Origin: Octopus vulgaris
Taxonomy: Eukaryota
Assembly (NCBI GenBank): GCA_951406725.2
Contig: OX597836.1
Location: 25,172,001 to 25,236,000, forward strand
DNA length: 64,000 bases
Direction of reading: 5' to 3'
In this document: one piece after another, positions 39,589-52,304 of the stretch
How the letters are laid out: every line of letters begins with the position of its first letter
How positions within the stretch are numbered: the stretch's first letter is position 1
Notes under the pieces: model-generated
Seen by the model: only the letters and a program-made list of their open reading frames with translations
Told to the model about the DNA's origin: nothing
Database searches by the model: none
Made by a program: the position numbers and the translations under genes

Positions 39589-42500
39589 GTAAGTCTCTGT
39601 TGTCTGTCATGTTGTTGCTTGCAATGAAAGAAACAACTCCAAGCTCCAAAATCTCTTGAAGTGAGGGTTAAAAGAGGTGAAAAATCTCTTGGGTAGGGAG
39701 ATGTTTAGCCTTCCAACAATTCCATTTAAGATTTCAATTGTTTTCATGAGGTATGTAGAGCAAATGCCATCTCCCTCATAGGATACAATTGGACATGGAA
39801 AGATGTTCCAAAGAAAACATTTGTTGATTTATAAAATGTTCTCATTGATGAGTCTAAAAGTATGTTCTACCACTCCATGGTACTTATTTTCTCTTAGATT
39901 GACTGAATTAGCTATTCAACAGTTAAATTATCTTCACCGTGGACAAGGAGTAATGTAGCGTCTGATGGGATGTGAACCATTAACTCTTTGATTGGCAGCC
40001 TAGTGCTCTATATGACTCAGTCAGGTCTAACTGCCACTTGACTAATTGACATAAAGTCACTTATACTAGTTCCATCCACTGGCCCACAATATTGCTCAGT
40101 TTCCTTTCTTTGTCTTTTTCAGCAGCTACCGTTATGGCCTCTGCTCCTCAGAACTGACTGACTCGTACCACTTCCACTTAAGAATTCCTAACCCTGTGTC
40201 ATCTCTCCTCCTCTCATCACTACTGTTGTGTCCAGACCCTTCCCAAACCACAGTCCTTTCTTCCCAGAATGGTGGCACTCTTTGGAGTTTCCTGCTTGTT
40301 CATATCTTTTCCATAGGTGTTGACTTAAAAAACGTCCACGAGGAACTTTATTAATACCACCCTCGCTAGTCTAGGAAGGACTGCAGAAGGCTATGAAACG
40401 ATTATTCTGTTCATTCCATTTTCTTCTTGTCTAAATTTTCATATCACACACACTCACACACTCTTTCTCTTCTTACTCCTTCACAACAAAAGGTGATGTA
40501 TCAGGAAGCTGCTTGTTTCTTTTTTTATCTTAAACCATTACTGTTGTATTCTTTTGATGTTTGTGTACTGGTGCTTGGACAGAAATCTCATAATATTCAC
40601 AAGGAGGGATTCTTAGACTGGAGACTGAAAAAGGCTATTTTGGCCTGGGTCACCACCAAGAGAAGACCTTATAAGACTAATTTTTATATATAATATATAT
40701 AATTATATTTTCTTGTAAACTATTCTTTCAATATAACTTTATATACTAATTGTAAGATTTTAACTTTTCCTTTTTAACAGGGGTTTAATTTTTATTTAGC
40801 AGGGCTTCAGCTCATACACACACACAGACACACACATACACACACACAAGCATATACTCACACTCACATGCGTAAATATTTAGGCTCTGTGTGTATGTGT
40901 TTATCTGTGTGTGTATGTATGTGTATTTATGTATGGTTATTTCCGAAGTCCTGCTAAATGTCAACCTGAAGAGAATGGTGGCAGTGGTGACAGGGTGTGG
41001 GGGAGGGGGTCTGTCTGTTCATTATTTCTGTCTCATCTCCAGGTGTTTTCATCTTACTCCCATTTGGGCACACTTGCCCTCATCACACAACTCATAAGCC
41101 CCTCTCCTCTTCCCCCTTAAGTACCTGTTCCAAACCGCTACTAATATCAATCAGATTTAATTAACCTCTTGACTTCACAGAACTCTTGATCCTTTCATCA
41201 ATCAATCAGTCTTTCATCAATCAGTTGGTTGACCCTTTAATCACCCACCTTATATGCTTGGTTCATTTTGGCTTCAGTATTACTTAAAAGCTTACTCCCA
41301 TGAGTCACTTGGGTTGCATGGGTTAACAGTGACATATTCAGGTGAGCTGCTGATAAAGTTTGTTCTGCATGGTTTTAACAGCTTCAAGCTTTCACTAGAA
41401 ATTCGAATTTTCTTTCTTCTTACCGGTTTCAGCCTTGGTTTGCTTCATTTTCATTCTTCTATGTCTCACAATTTTCTTTTTTGCTCTACGAACACCTGTG
41501 ACTTGTTTTTTTTATTATAACATAACTCTTTAGCATTTAAACCAACCATATTCAGCCCAACTATTCCACCTGTTTAATGTTCAAACTGGCCAGATCGGGT
41601 TTCTCACACCTACCCTGCAATGTCATTCTAAAAAATAAACATTCACATCATTGAAATCTCATAGCTATGACGATGAGGATTTCCAGTCGATCCAATCAAT
41701 GGAACAACCTGCTCATAAAATTAACATGCAAGTGGCTGAGTACTCCACAAACACGTGAACACTTAATATAGCTTCCAGGGAGATTCAGCATGACACAGAG
41801 TGTGGCAAAGTTGGCCCCTTTGAAATACAGATATTACTCATTTTTTTGCCAGCTGAGTGAACTGGAGCAATGTGAAATAAAGTGTCTTGCTCAAGGACAC
41901 AAAGCATTGCCAGGAATTGAACCTATGACCTTGCAATTGTGAACTGAATACCCTAACCACTAAGCCACACGCCTTCACATAGGTATGAGATAATGCACGA
42001 TTAATTCAAAGCAATGTGAATAAATAAGCATGGGTGCCGGCCTGGCTATGTGGGTAAGAAGCTTGCTTCCAGGCCTTATGGTTTTTGGTTCAGTCCCACT
42101 GCATGGCACCTCGAGCAAATGACCTCTGCTATAGCCTCAGGCCAACCAAAGCCTTGTGAATGGATTCAGTAGGGGGAAGTTCCATTGTGTGTGTGTGAAA
42201 GTGCTTGTGTGTCCTTGAATAGGTTGGAGGGAAAACATTTGACAAGGTAATCTGAATTCTAAGGATGTTAAGCTCCCTAGCCCATCATTAATTCTTATGA
42301 TTTTGTATTTTCATTGCTGTTTTATTCACATTCAAATGCAATGTTGAGTTCACAGTTGTCCTTTTCATTCTTCTGAGGTTGATGATTAAATTATAGATAC
42401 CTGAAACGTACTTGTGTTGAGCCAATTAATTGTCCTGCCAACCTAAACAAAAATATGGTTTTCTTCTTATTTAGCAGGGACTGGATTGGCTGAATCATTA

Positions 42501-43067
42501 GGGAGTCAGAAAAAAATGTCTTTACATTCTAAGTTCAAATCTTGCTGAGGTCAACTTTGCTTTTCATCCTTTTGGGTCAATTAAATAAAGTATCTGTCAA
42601 GTGCAGAGGTTGTTGATTGTCACTGCCCCTAAATATTACAGGTGTTCTGATGAAGGTTAATTGATGAGTTCTTTGTTAACTTGCAATGCAGCACTGACTC
42701 TGAATTTTCTCCTGAGTCTGAAGAAGGCTGCAAGAAGCAACCCCCGGAGGGAATTTTTCTTTCAATTTCAAATCCTGACAACAGAAGTATTAAGTGTTAC
42801 CCTAATGACCCAACCCACTCAATATAGATTGCCAGAACATGATTAACTTTCTAGAAAATATCCAACGAAACACCCTTTACAAAATCTTGTGCAGACAATT
42901 CTTTAATTTTAGAACAAAACCCATATTGAGCTCTGTTACTAAAGTGTCTTGCTCAATACAATACAATAACTTGCTTCAAATCCTGTATATTACTTTCTAT
43001 TTATTATGGACTGTCTTCAGCTGTTCCATTTATTATAGAGTTTTTATTTTATGATACAGAAGCATAA

Positions 43068-43672
43068 AAAGTTTTGTTGTGTCTGGGGAGAGTCATTCTC
43101 TTTTAGTGCCTTATTATTTAACACACTCGACAAGCTGGCAGAATCGTTAGCACGCCAGGTGAAATGCCTAGCGGTATTTTGTCTGCTGTTACGTTCTGAG
43201 TTTAAATTCCACTGAGGTCAACTTTGCCTTTCATCCTTTCAGGGTTGATTAAATAAGTACCAGTTATGCACTGGGGTCAATGTAATCGACTTAACCCTTT
43301 TGTCTGCCCTTGTTTGCCCTTTTTATGTTTAGCCTCCTGTGGGCAGTAAAGAAATAATTATTTAACACACTCACTGGTAAAGTTTCCACTTATTTATTTT
43401 TTCCTAATATTTCATTGCATCTTGCAACCTCTTCAATAGTTGTTAACTCTGTCTGTTATCCAAGCTGCGTCCTTTTTGTTTGTTTGTTTGGGTGAAGAGC
43501 GCAGCAAGAATGCAGCTTGGTTAACAGACAGAGTTAACAACCATTGAAGAGGTTGCAAAACGCAATGAAAGTTTTAGGAAAAATAAATAAATAAATGAGT
43601 GGAAACTTTACTGGTGTGTGTGTTAAATAATAAGGCACTGAAAGAGAATGACTCTCCCCAGACACAACAAAA
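43068..43672. repeat. Inverted repeat (Penelope-like) interrupted in the left arm by a SINE
   Basis: TTTTGTTGTGTCTGGGGAGAGTCATTCTC... pairs with ...GAGAATGACTCTCCCCAGACACAACAAAA. Degenerate hammerhead-like cores lie at 43541-43578 (+) and 43403-43439 (-). Confidence 0.8.
43129..43356 (+). mobile_element. SINE family A copy inserted in an inverted-repeat arm
   Basis: 16-bp TSD ATTATTTAACACACTC (43113-43128, 43357-43372). Confidence 0.9.
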
Positions 43673-43901
43673 TATGCTTCAACACACAAACTCACATAAA
43701 GAATCTTGCAAACCAAATCCAAAAATGAAACCTTAAAAGTGTTTCTGTTGGAAGTCTTTATAGTGATGTGTTAGTTTATGTTAGGTAAACTGAGATTGCA
43801 CCTCCAGGCTGTAGTTTGGTTTGGGTAGTTCTCCATCAATCGTATTTATCAGTTAAGAAAAAGAAATGCTTTTTACTTTTGAAAACTTCTCTCATGTACA
43901 T

Positions 43902-44207
43902 CAGGGGTCTCCAACCACCAGCCATGGACCAATTCCAGAACATGGAGCATTTGGTGCCTGGTTGCACAGAAAGAATAAATTTTAAAATTTTATTTCTATT
44001 TTATTAATTATCACAGCCTGCAGAGTTTTTTTTTTTTGTATTATATATATATATATATATGTAATACAAAAAAAAAATTATATATGCAATAATTAAATAA
44101 TTTTTATGCACTTTATTCTGCTTTGTTATGCATGTGTTTCCTTGGTCTGTGGAAAAATTGTGTTGCATGAAACCAGCCCATGGTGCAATAATGGTTGGGA
44201 ATCGCTG
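43902..44207. mobile_element. hAT (Charlie-like) MITE
   Basis: Termini CAGGGGTCTCCAACC / GGTTGGGAATCGCTG, with a perfect 8-bp TSD ATGTACAT (43894-43901, 44208-44215). Confidence 0.85.
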
Positions 44208-44548
44208 ATGTACATCAACTGAAGAGTCAAAAGAATGAAGACATGCTCCATGTGCGCGTGCGTGTATGTGTGTGTGTGCGTGTGCATTTACTGAAACTGT
44301 TTTCCTGGTTAGTCAACCACTTTGGGGTATCTATAGAAATTTGTAATTTATAGTTGAAATTTTATAGAAACTAGAAAAAGCATTGGAATTTCTGACTCCA
44401 GCACCAACCCCATCTACTTGCTTTCGTTGTGTTTCGGTTTTTTATATATATTTATATAGGTATTTTGTGTAGTTTTTATTCGTTTTGTTTCATTATTTAA
44501 AAAATATATGTATATGTGTGTGAGCATGTTGTGTATGTTTATAATATA

Positions 44549-44594
<46 letters not shown>

Positions 44595-45341
44595 ATATAG
44601 CTAAATATTGTTTGGGATATCATTATTTTGTGTTGTGCTAATTTTGTTCCATTTCTTCACTATTAAAATCCATAACAAAAGTGTGTCAAACATGTTGTAA
44701 AGGGAAAACATTGTCCCTTCATAGTAAATAACCTAAAACAAGGAGGAAAGAGATAATGTTATTAGAAACCATTTAAAATGCTTGGTAACTGTTTTAATAT
44801 GTAGATATGTTTTAATATATATTGTCATGAGTCTATGGGTATATGTATAGCTGACTGGCTAAAATGCTTGGTTTTCAATCACAAGATCCCAGTTTCAATA
44901 TAACATCGTGGACCTGAGGCAAGGGTGTTTTATTATAGATAACCCTGTGTTGACTGAAGTTCATGGAATGGAACTGGTTCAACAGAAACTGTGTGGAAGC
45001 TTGTTGAAAGAATTATACCTGTGGTTCAAAGAGCTATCTTTGTCTCACACACACACACACAGTCTCACTATGAAGTTTGCCTGAGATGATACAAGTGTCT
45101 GTGGAATTTTCAGCCATTTAGGCAATGATTCATTACGTATGTGGTTCCATTTGTCATGCCATTGGACTACTGGAATATTTGTTCTTTGAAATCAACGTAA
45201 GAATTCTTCATGTTATGAATAGATAAGATATTGGTATCCTAATGTGTAGTCTATGTATTGCTGCATGTAATTTCAATGAAAGTATTTATGTACTAACAAC
45301 CAGTGTGATTGTCATGCAAATGAAGATGTAGATATACACAA

Positions 45342-45375
<34 letters not shown>

Positions 45376-47353
45376 GGATATATATACACACACAAACATA
45401 TATATATATATGTATATATATATACATATATATATATATGTATATATATTGTTGTCAGTAGAGTGCTAGACTAAGAGCCTTGTGATAATCTCATTAAGCT
45501 TATTTTATCTTTCATCATTTCTGGCTTTTTGTAGCTTACTACCAAAATTTGGTATTATCATCATCATCAGCATTATTATCGTGACGATCATCATTTCAGC
45601 AATTCTATGTTGTGTTCTTTCACTGCACAACTGATTGTAAGTTTGTGTGTGAACCCTGGTACGTGTAGGCAATAACATTATCAAGGCAGCAAGCTGGCCG
45701 AATCGTTAAGAGTGTCAGACAAGCTTCTTTCAGCTCTTTACGTTCTAAGTTCAAATGCTGACAAGGTCAACATATCCTTTCATCCTTTCAGGCTCAATAA
45801 AGTACATATCAACTGGGAACTAGGGTTGGTGTATTTGATTCCCTCCTCACTACCAAAATTGCTGGCCTAGTGCCAAAATTTGAAACCATTATTATTATAG
45901 TTAATATTAGGGTATTGGATTGGTAGAATCCCTAGAAGATTGATCAAAATAGTTTGGGGAATGTGGTTACGACCCTTTATGTTTTGAGTTCAAATTCCAC
46001 CATGGTCAACTTTGTCTTTTAACCTTCTAGGGGTCAGTATTATTCAGAAACTATCAATCAAGTGCTGAGACTGATTAACGCAACTAACCCCTCCCCTCAA
46101 ATTTGTGGCTTTGTGCATATTTTAGAAAGTATTATTATTATTTTAATATTTCTCTCTATTATAGACATGAAACCTGAAATTTGGAGGGGAGGGGAGCTAA
46201 TTGATTACATCATCCTCAGTATGCAACTGGTACTAATTTATTGACCCCTGAAAGGACGAACGGCAAAGTTGACCTTGGTGGAACTTGAACTCAGAACATA
46301 AACGCAGACAAAGTACTGCTAAGCATTCCTCCTGGGGTGGTAGTGATACTGCCAGCTCACCACTTTGTTTTGTTAGTATTGAAAACTTGGTCTTTGGATG
46401 GGTTTGTCTCACAGTAATTGTATCAACATCTGTTAATTCGTTTTTATATTCTTTCAATTGCTTCAGTTATTTGACTGTGGCCATGCTGGTGCACCACCTT
46501 TAGTTGAACAAACTGACCCCAAGACTTATTCTTTGTAAGCCTATTACTTATTCTATCAGTCTCTTTTGCCGAACCGCTAAGTTATGAGAATGTTGGGAGG
46601 ACAAATGCGCACACACACACACATGTGACGGGCTTCTTTCAGTTTCCGTCTACCACATCCACTCAAGGCTTTGGTCATCCTGAGGCTATAGTAGAAGGCA
46701 CTTGCCCAAGGTGCCATGCAGTGTGACTGACCCCGGAACCATGTGGTTGGTAGACCATATATGGTAAAAAGAATACTTTTTAATGTGTGGAAATGAAATC
46801 ATTGGAAGAGGTATTGATTACCTCGACCTACCCTGAATCTGTTGTTGACGATAATTATGATGATGATGATAACGATGATGATAATGATAATGAGTCGAAA
46901 CAACTATCAGAGCTGATTCAATAATGTTTTGTTTTTCTCTTTTTGTTTATTTTATTCATTTACTTTATTTTATATTATTTTGTTATCAAGTTTTTTTTAA
47001 AGTTGATGTTGTTACCTCTTCATTTTGCATCCACCCCCATCCCTTCTACCCTCATGTTCATTTATTGGCACTGAAGCCTGTTTCTATTTTGTGTTGTTGT
47101 TGTACTTTGTTATTGTTGTTGATCATACAGTTTTTTGTTGTATTGCTTTTGGGATTTTTGTGTAATTATTTTTTGTGTTTAACATTATATATATATGTAA
47201 TTATATATATATATATATATATAATGTGATATCTTTGTAAACACCAATTTGAGATTGGCTATATATATGCTCACTGCAAGTTATAGATATGCGTACATAC
47301 ATACATACATACATACATACATACATTCTTGTGTAAATATATATATATATATA

Positions 47354-47403
<50 letters not shown>

Positions 47404-47720
47404 ACTCTTATTTGCTTTTCGTTTTCAATTGCAAGCTGGTGTTTACAAAGGCATAATGTTTGAGATTATTTATATCAGTAAAACTTATCACTCATTCACA
47501 CACACACACACACACACACGTACATACACACACATCAAAGTATACACTTTTATAGATCCACTTCAGCCAATCTTTTACCGATCAGTTTCTCTGAAATGGA
47601 TCTATAATACTGTATACTTTGATTTCTATACCCATTCTATAGACAAATATATGAGTGCATATTTTTTCTGATGTATTGATTCTTAGATGACTATATAGAG
47701 ATACATACATACACACACTC

Positions 47721-47764
<44 letters not shown>

Positions 47765-48090
47765 AATACACATGTATGTATGTATTTGTATATGTATACT
47801 TATGGAGTTATTTTAGATTGCATGGGAGTAGTAATTATTTTATTAATTAACTTAATGAAAATCTTATGTTAATTTTTACTACTGAAAAGAATGAACTCTT
47901 ACTCTCTCCCCCTCCTCTTCACTCAATTTCTGGAAGAACAGAATTCGAAGGTTTCAAAAAATTCCAACTGGAACTGACCGGTTCGGAAAATGCAGTGGAG
48001 CATTTACACCTGATTCTGTGTTCGTGTGTTTCCCCACCGTTGCCTGTTTGTCAGTGTTCATCATGATGATTTTGTCTCTGCTATTTTTAG

Positions 48091-48168
48091 ATAATGACCT
48101 CAGCCTTGACACAGACACCATGTCGTCCGGATCAGAAATATCTATTTCAGATGTAGGATTAAGTCCAG
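48091..48168 (+). CDS. PPP1R9A/B-like: Neurabin-like exon (DNDLSLDTDTMSSGSEISISDVGLSP)
   Basis: tttttag acceptor, CAG|gtaaga donor, 78 nt, symmetric phase 1-1, open in the frame set by the upstream exon. Confidence 0.8.
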
Positions 48169-48893
48169 GTAAGACACAATGTGCAGGACAAAAACCACAC
48201 CAAACTTGCTTGCATTACGCTGGACTCGTTGTTAGAAAAATATGTCACACTAATAGAGCTCAAAGCATTTCTTTGATTTTAAAGAGTCTGAAAAACAGCT
48301 GTTGGTTTCTTGTCTTATTTGTTTGTGTTTTTGTTTATTATTATTTTGATTTGTTTTATATATTTTTTTATTTCACTGTGTTTCACTTTTAGCTTTGTTA
48401 AGTTTCAATATAAAAAAATGAATTTATTATCCTCCAGTTAATATGGGTTGACTATGTATGCAAATTCTGATATTTACATATACATTTCTGGAGGGGTTTT
48501 TTTTGTTTATTTTTTTTATCTACCACTACCAATATTCCTTAAATTCTATACAACTATCTATACAAGAAAAGACATTTTTGGATCTTGTCGTCCAGCATTG
48601 TCTGGAATAGTTGTAACTGGAACATTTTTAATCATAGGGCTGAACAGTAACACTAAGAAAAGACATATTAAATGATGTAGTCCTTGATGGACTGCCTGGA
48701 AAGTAAAGACAGGATGCTCATGGTTGGGTTGTCTTTGACAGTAGTTTTGCTTTTATCAGGAATGCTATAGGGTAAACAACAATTAAGTAATTATACGAAT
48801 GTATTTTCATTAATTTCATGAGAACAAAACAAGATAATTACAGCAAAGCTGCATGATAGTTGTCAGATGAGGCACACAGACCACCTTAGAACT

Positions 48894-49524
48894 TAGAAAT
48901 AATATATTTCTAAACCTCTCAAATAGATTTATGCAGTAGCAGCACGATAAAGTGATAGCATGTTGTCAACTTAATGTGACAGTCCCATGAAAGGGAAGAA
49001 TATTACTGTTATTTAGCCTTAGGAAACACCATTTCCTGTTGGACTTGATACATTTCCCGCATCTTTATATTTTCAAAGGGGAGACAAGCACCTTCACCCA
49101 GCAAAGCCACCTTCCAGAGACTAGTTTCAGCATCATTGCTCATCATCAGTTCTGGAGTAGCATGTCTTGCTAGCAGTCGATGCCTATCCGCCTTTGGAAA
49201 CATATTTCAAGTGAAATACATTCACTGATTTTTGAAAATAGAAATAATATATTTCTAAATCTCTCAGAGAGATTTATGCAGTATCAGCAATGCTACTCCA
49301 GCTAGCAGGCCATGCTACTCCTGCCTGATGAGGAGCAACGACTCTGAAACTAGTTTATGGTTGCTGGCTTTGCTGGGTGGAGATGCTTATCTCCACTTTG
49401 CAAACATAAAGACACAGGAAATGAGTCAAGTCCAACAGGAAACGGTGTTTCCTAGGGCTAAATAACAGTAGCATTCTTCCCTTTTATGCGACTGTCACAT
49501 TAAGTTGACAACATACTGTCACTT
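48894..49524. repeat. Inverted repeat (~225-bp arms, 48950-49174 / 49301-49524), each arm preceded by a ~51-bp direct repeat; Penelope-like
   Basis: The arms are diverged reverse complements. The direct repeat TAGAAATAATATATTTCTAAA...GATTTATGCAGTA.CAGCA occurs at 48894 and 49239. Each arm has a hammerhead core. Confidence 0.8.
49114..49155 (-). ncRNA. Minimal hammerhead motif, C3-G8 core (decayed + strand copy at 49320-49360)
   Basis: Reverse strand reads CCAGA-a-CTGATGA-tgAGCA(atga)TGCT-GAAAC-TA-GTC^TCTGG, with palindromic helix III ACTAGT. Confidence 0.6.
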
Positions 49525-50980
49525 CACCTTATAACTCATTAGACATTTGCATTCCATCTTGATTCTTCTCTTCCATTTTATTTTGACATGCACATTGCAT
49601 TTTAATTCTCTTCCTTTCTACAAATCTAGTCCATACATGTGCATTGCATCTTCGTACGTCTCTTTCCAGTTCCTACTCAAAACTGTTTTTATATCACAAC
49701 CATTTCATGAGCTGGCATTCGTGATGAGTGCTTTGTGCTGTGATGGTTGTGAAAAACGTTTGTCTCTCTGGCTTCCATCAGATCTGATTTTTTATTTGTA
49801 AATTTTATATTTTATGGAGGAACTTTGTGATTCACTTTAAACTAATCTGTTTTGTGCCTTTTTAAAGAAAAGTATGTCAATAAGCTATAGTTACTGAACA
49901 TAATAAGTCAAATATATCTTTTGATCAATTAAGATCAGTCATGAAGATCAATTAAGATCAGACGTAATAATGTCTGGAAAGACAATGTTGAAAACACCAG
50001 AATTTAAATTCATTAAAAATTCCTTGGAGATATACAGTGGGAAATGAGAATAATCTTTGGTAGTTATGGTTACAATTCTGAAGGAGAAGCAGCATCTAAT
50101 ATATTATAAGACGTTAGAATTATTTTGAGAGATCTTCATTTATTATGGTCCTAGATTGCTTGGTATCAAAAATTTTTATCTATGATAAACTTCAGGTTCT
50201 AAATTAAATAGTTCCATTAAAAGTCTTATGTTAATTTATATTCTAAACAGTAGTTTGGTAATGACTGGTATTTTACTAAATTTTTCATAATTTTCAAAAT
50301 TGAAACAAAGGCAATTGAATTTCAAAATAATTATTACAAAAATATTAAAATAGTGAATATAATCTTTAGTTTCTATTCCTAAAAAAAAAACAAAAAAACA
50401 TAACAACAAACCACCAACTGGATATCTTAACTCTGCTTATTTTGGCCAACATCACACAGTGAGAAGCAAGCCCTTGTTAGGGTACACCTGGTTTCAGTTC
50501 TCTTTTACAGCTGTTTGAATTGGTTCATGATGTTTATTAAGCCCCCTAGAAATTCAGGAACATTGCAACATCTTGTTTCCATATTTCTCTCTCCCTATAA
50601 ATTTTAGCGTCCTGTACATTTTTTATTGTTTTGCCTCCACCCATTTAAAAAAAATCATCCTTCTTCTTACTTAGAAAATACAAAACAGTGTCAGATCCAT
50701 AGCCCTTTTTTTTATCTTCCCTAAATCATACTCCCATATTCCCAGTTTTGTTTCCCTTAAATACAAACATACCTCAACTTACGTCTGTAATTTGTGCCAA
50801 GACATGCAACTTAACTTGAAAAATGATATAATATAAAAAAACCATTAAAAAAAAAAATCTGTTAGCTTATATTTGTTTCAGGAAATCTTTAGTAAATATT
50901 TTTACGTATTTTATTTGTTTTTTTTTTTCATTTCTGTGTTAGTTTTTAGGTGTTTTTTTTAAAAATTACTATGCTTTTAA

Positions 50981-51193
50981 CCCTTCAGCATTCAAATTAT
51001 TCTCTCAAATGCAAAACTTATTCCCTTTCTTTTCTGTTGATCATTCATTATCTTGTAACCTCAAGATTGCAATCACGTGATTGTTTATTTTTAGAATAAC
51101 ATTGTAGAGCAGGTGTGATAGGCCAGATCCAATCAGTTTGAACATAAAACAGAATATTTGGGCTGGATTTGACCCCGTTTTAATACTAAAGGG
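50981..51193. mobile_element. piggyBac-type MITE (related copies at ~8420-8615, ~37620-37822, 41524-42272, 56452-56667)
   Basis: TTAA-CCCTTCAGCATT ... AATACTAAAGGG-TTAA. The internal sequence recurs in the other copies. Confidence 0.75.
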
Positions 51194-51739
51194 TTAAATG
51201 TTCAGGGAGTTGAATAAACTGACTAAATAGTTGCGTTGAGGTATTTCCATTAATTTCTTTAAAAAAAAAAATGACAAAGTCAAAACAAAGACATCTCTCG
51301 AAACAACATAAGTTGAGGTATTTTTGTATAATGTTCGTTTATTTTTACCGTTTGTTTTGTTTGCTTTAGTTCAAACAGCTCTCCTCTGCGAACACCAACA
51401 CTTCCAGAAATGTATTTTGCTTTCCTTTTGCCATCTGTTGATTCAGACTCTTTAATAATCACAGAAATGTGCTACCTTCTGCCAACAGGCTTCTTCTGAA
51501 CAAAATGTCCCCTTTTATTTATATATATCTATATATATCCCTTCCATTTTTCTGGGTTTTTAAAATTTTTTTTTTTAACATTTTGATTTTGCCAATGAAA
51601 CGGTAAACTGCAACATATGGAACGGAATTAAACAGACCAATATTTAGATAGTTTTAGATTTTAGATATTCATGTCTGAGCTGGTTGCTTCTCATCCACAT
51701 ATATCAGCAAAAGGAAAAAATAATAAAAGATATAACACA

Positions 51740-51822
<83 letters not shown>

Positions 51823-51973
51823 TTTATTATTATTATTACTATTATTATTATTTTGCACTTTGCTACAGCCAATTAACAAATAAATAAGGACTTAGAGATG
51901 TAACATAGTGTGTCACTAGTGAAACTAAAGCACCTAACTTAATAATAATAATAATAATAAGGAAATTATAATA

Positions 51974-52016
<43 letters not shown>

Positions 52017-52304
52017 TAATGGTAGTAGTGATTATAGTCGTAGTAACAATGATAATAGTAGTAGTAGTACTAGTAATAATATGAAGATAATAACGATATA
52101 ATAATTTGCTGCTGCTTCTACTACTACTAATATTAATTATTATAATCATAATGATAATCTAATAATAGTGATATAATTATTTTTTGTTAGTAATATTAAC
52201 AATAAATCTCAAAATCAACAAACGAAACGAAAACATTTTAATTATAATAAACTTTCTAAAGACAGTTGATTATGAATAGTAAATGTGTGTGTGTGTGTGC
52301 ATGT

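Noticed and set aside
44369-44459. Acceptor giving a hydrophobic tail ETRKSIG...PIYLLSLCFGFLYIFI*
   Set aside because: Several AGs lie upstream without a pyrimidine tract, and hydrophobicity is expected from T-rich DNA.
51370-51499. Exon-like SNSSPLRTPTLPEM... after tttgctttag
   Set aside because: That frame needs phase 2 but the surrounding intron is phase 1; the phase-1 reading has only a weak donor.
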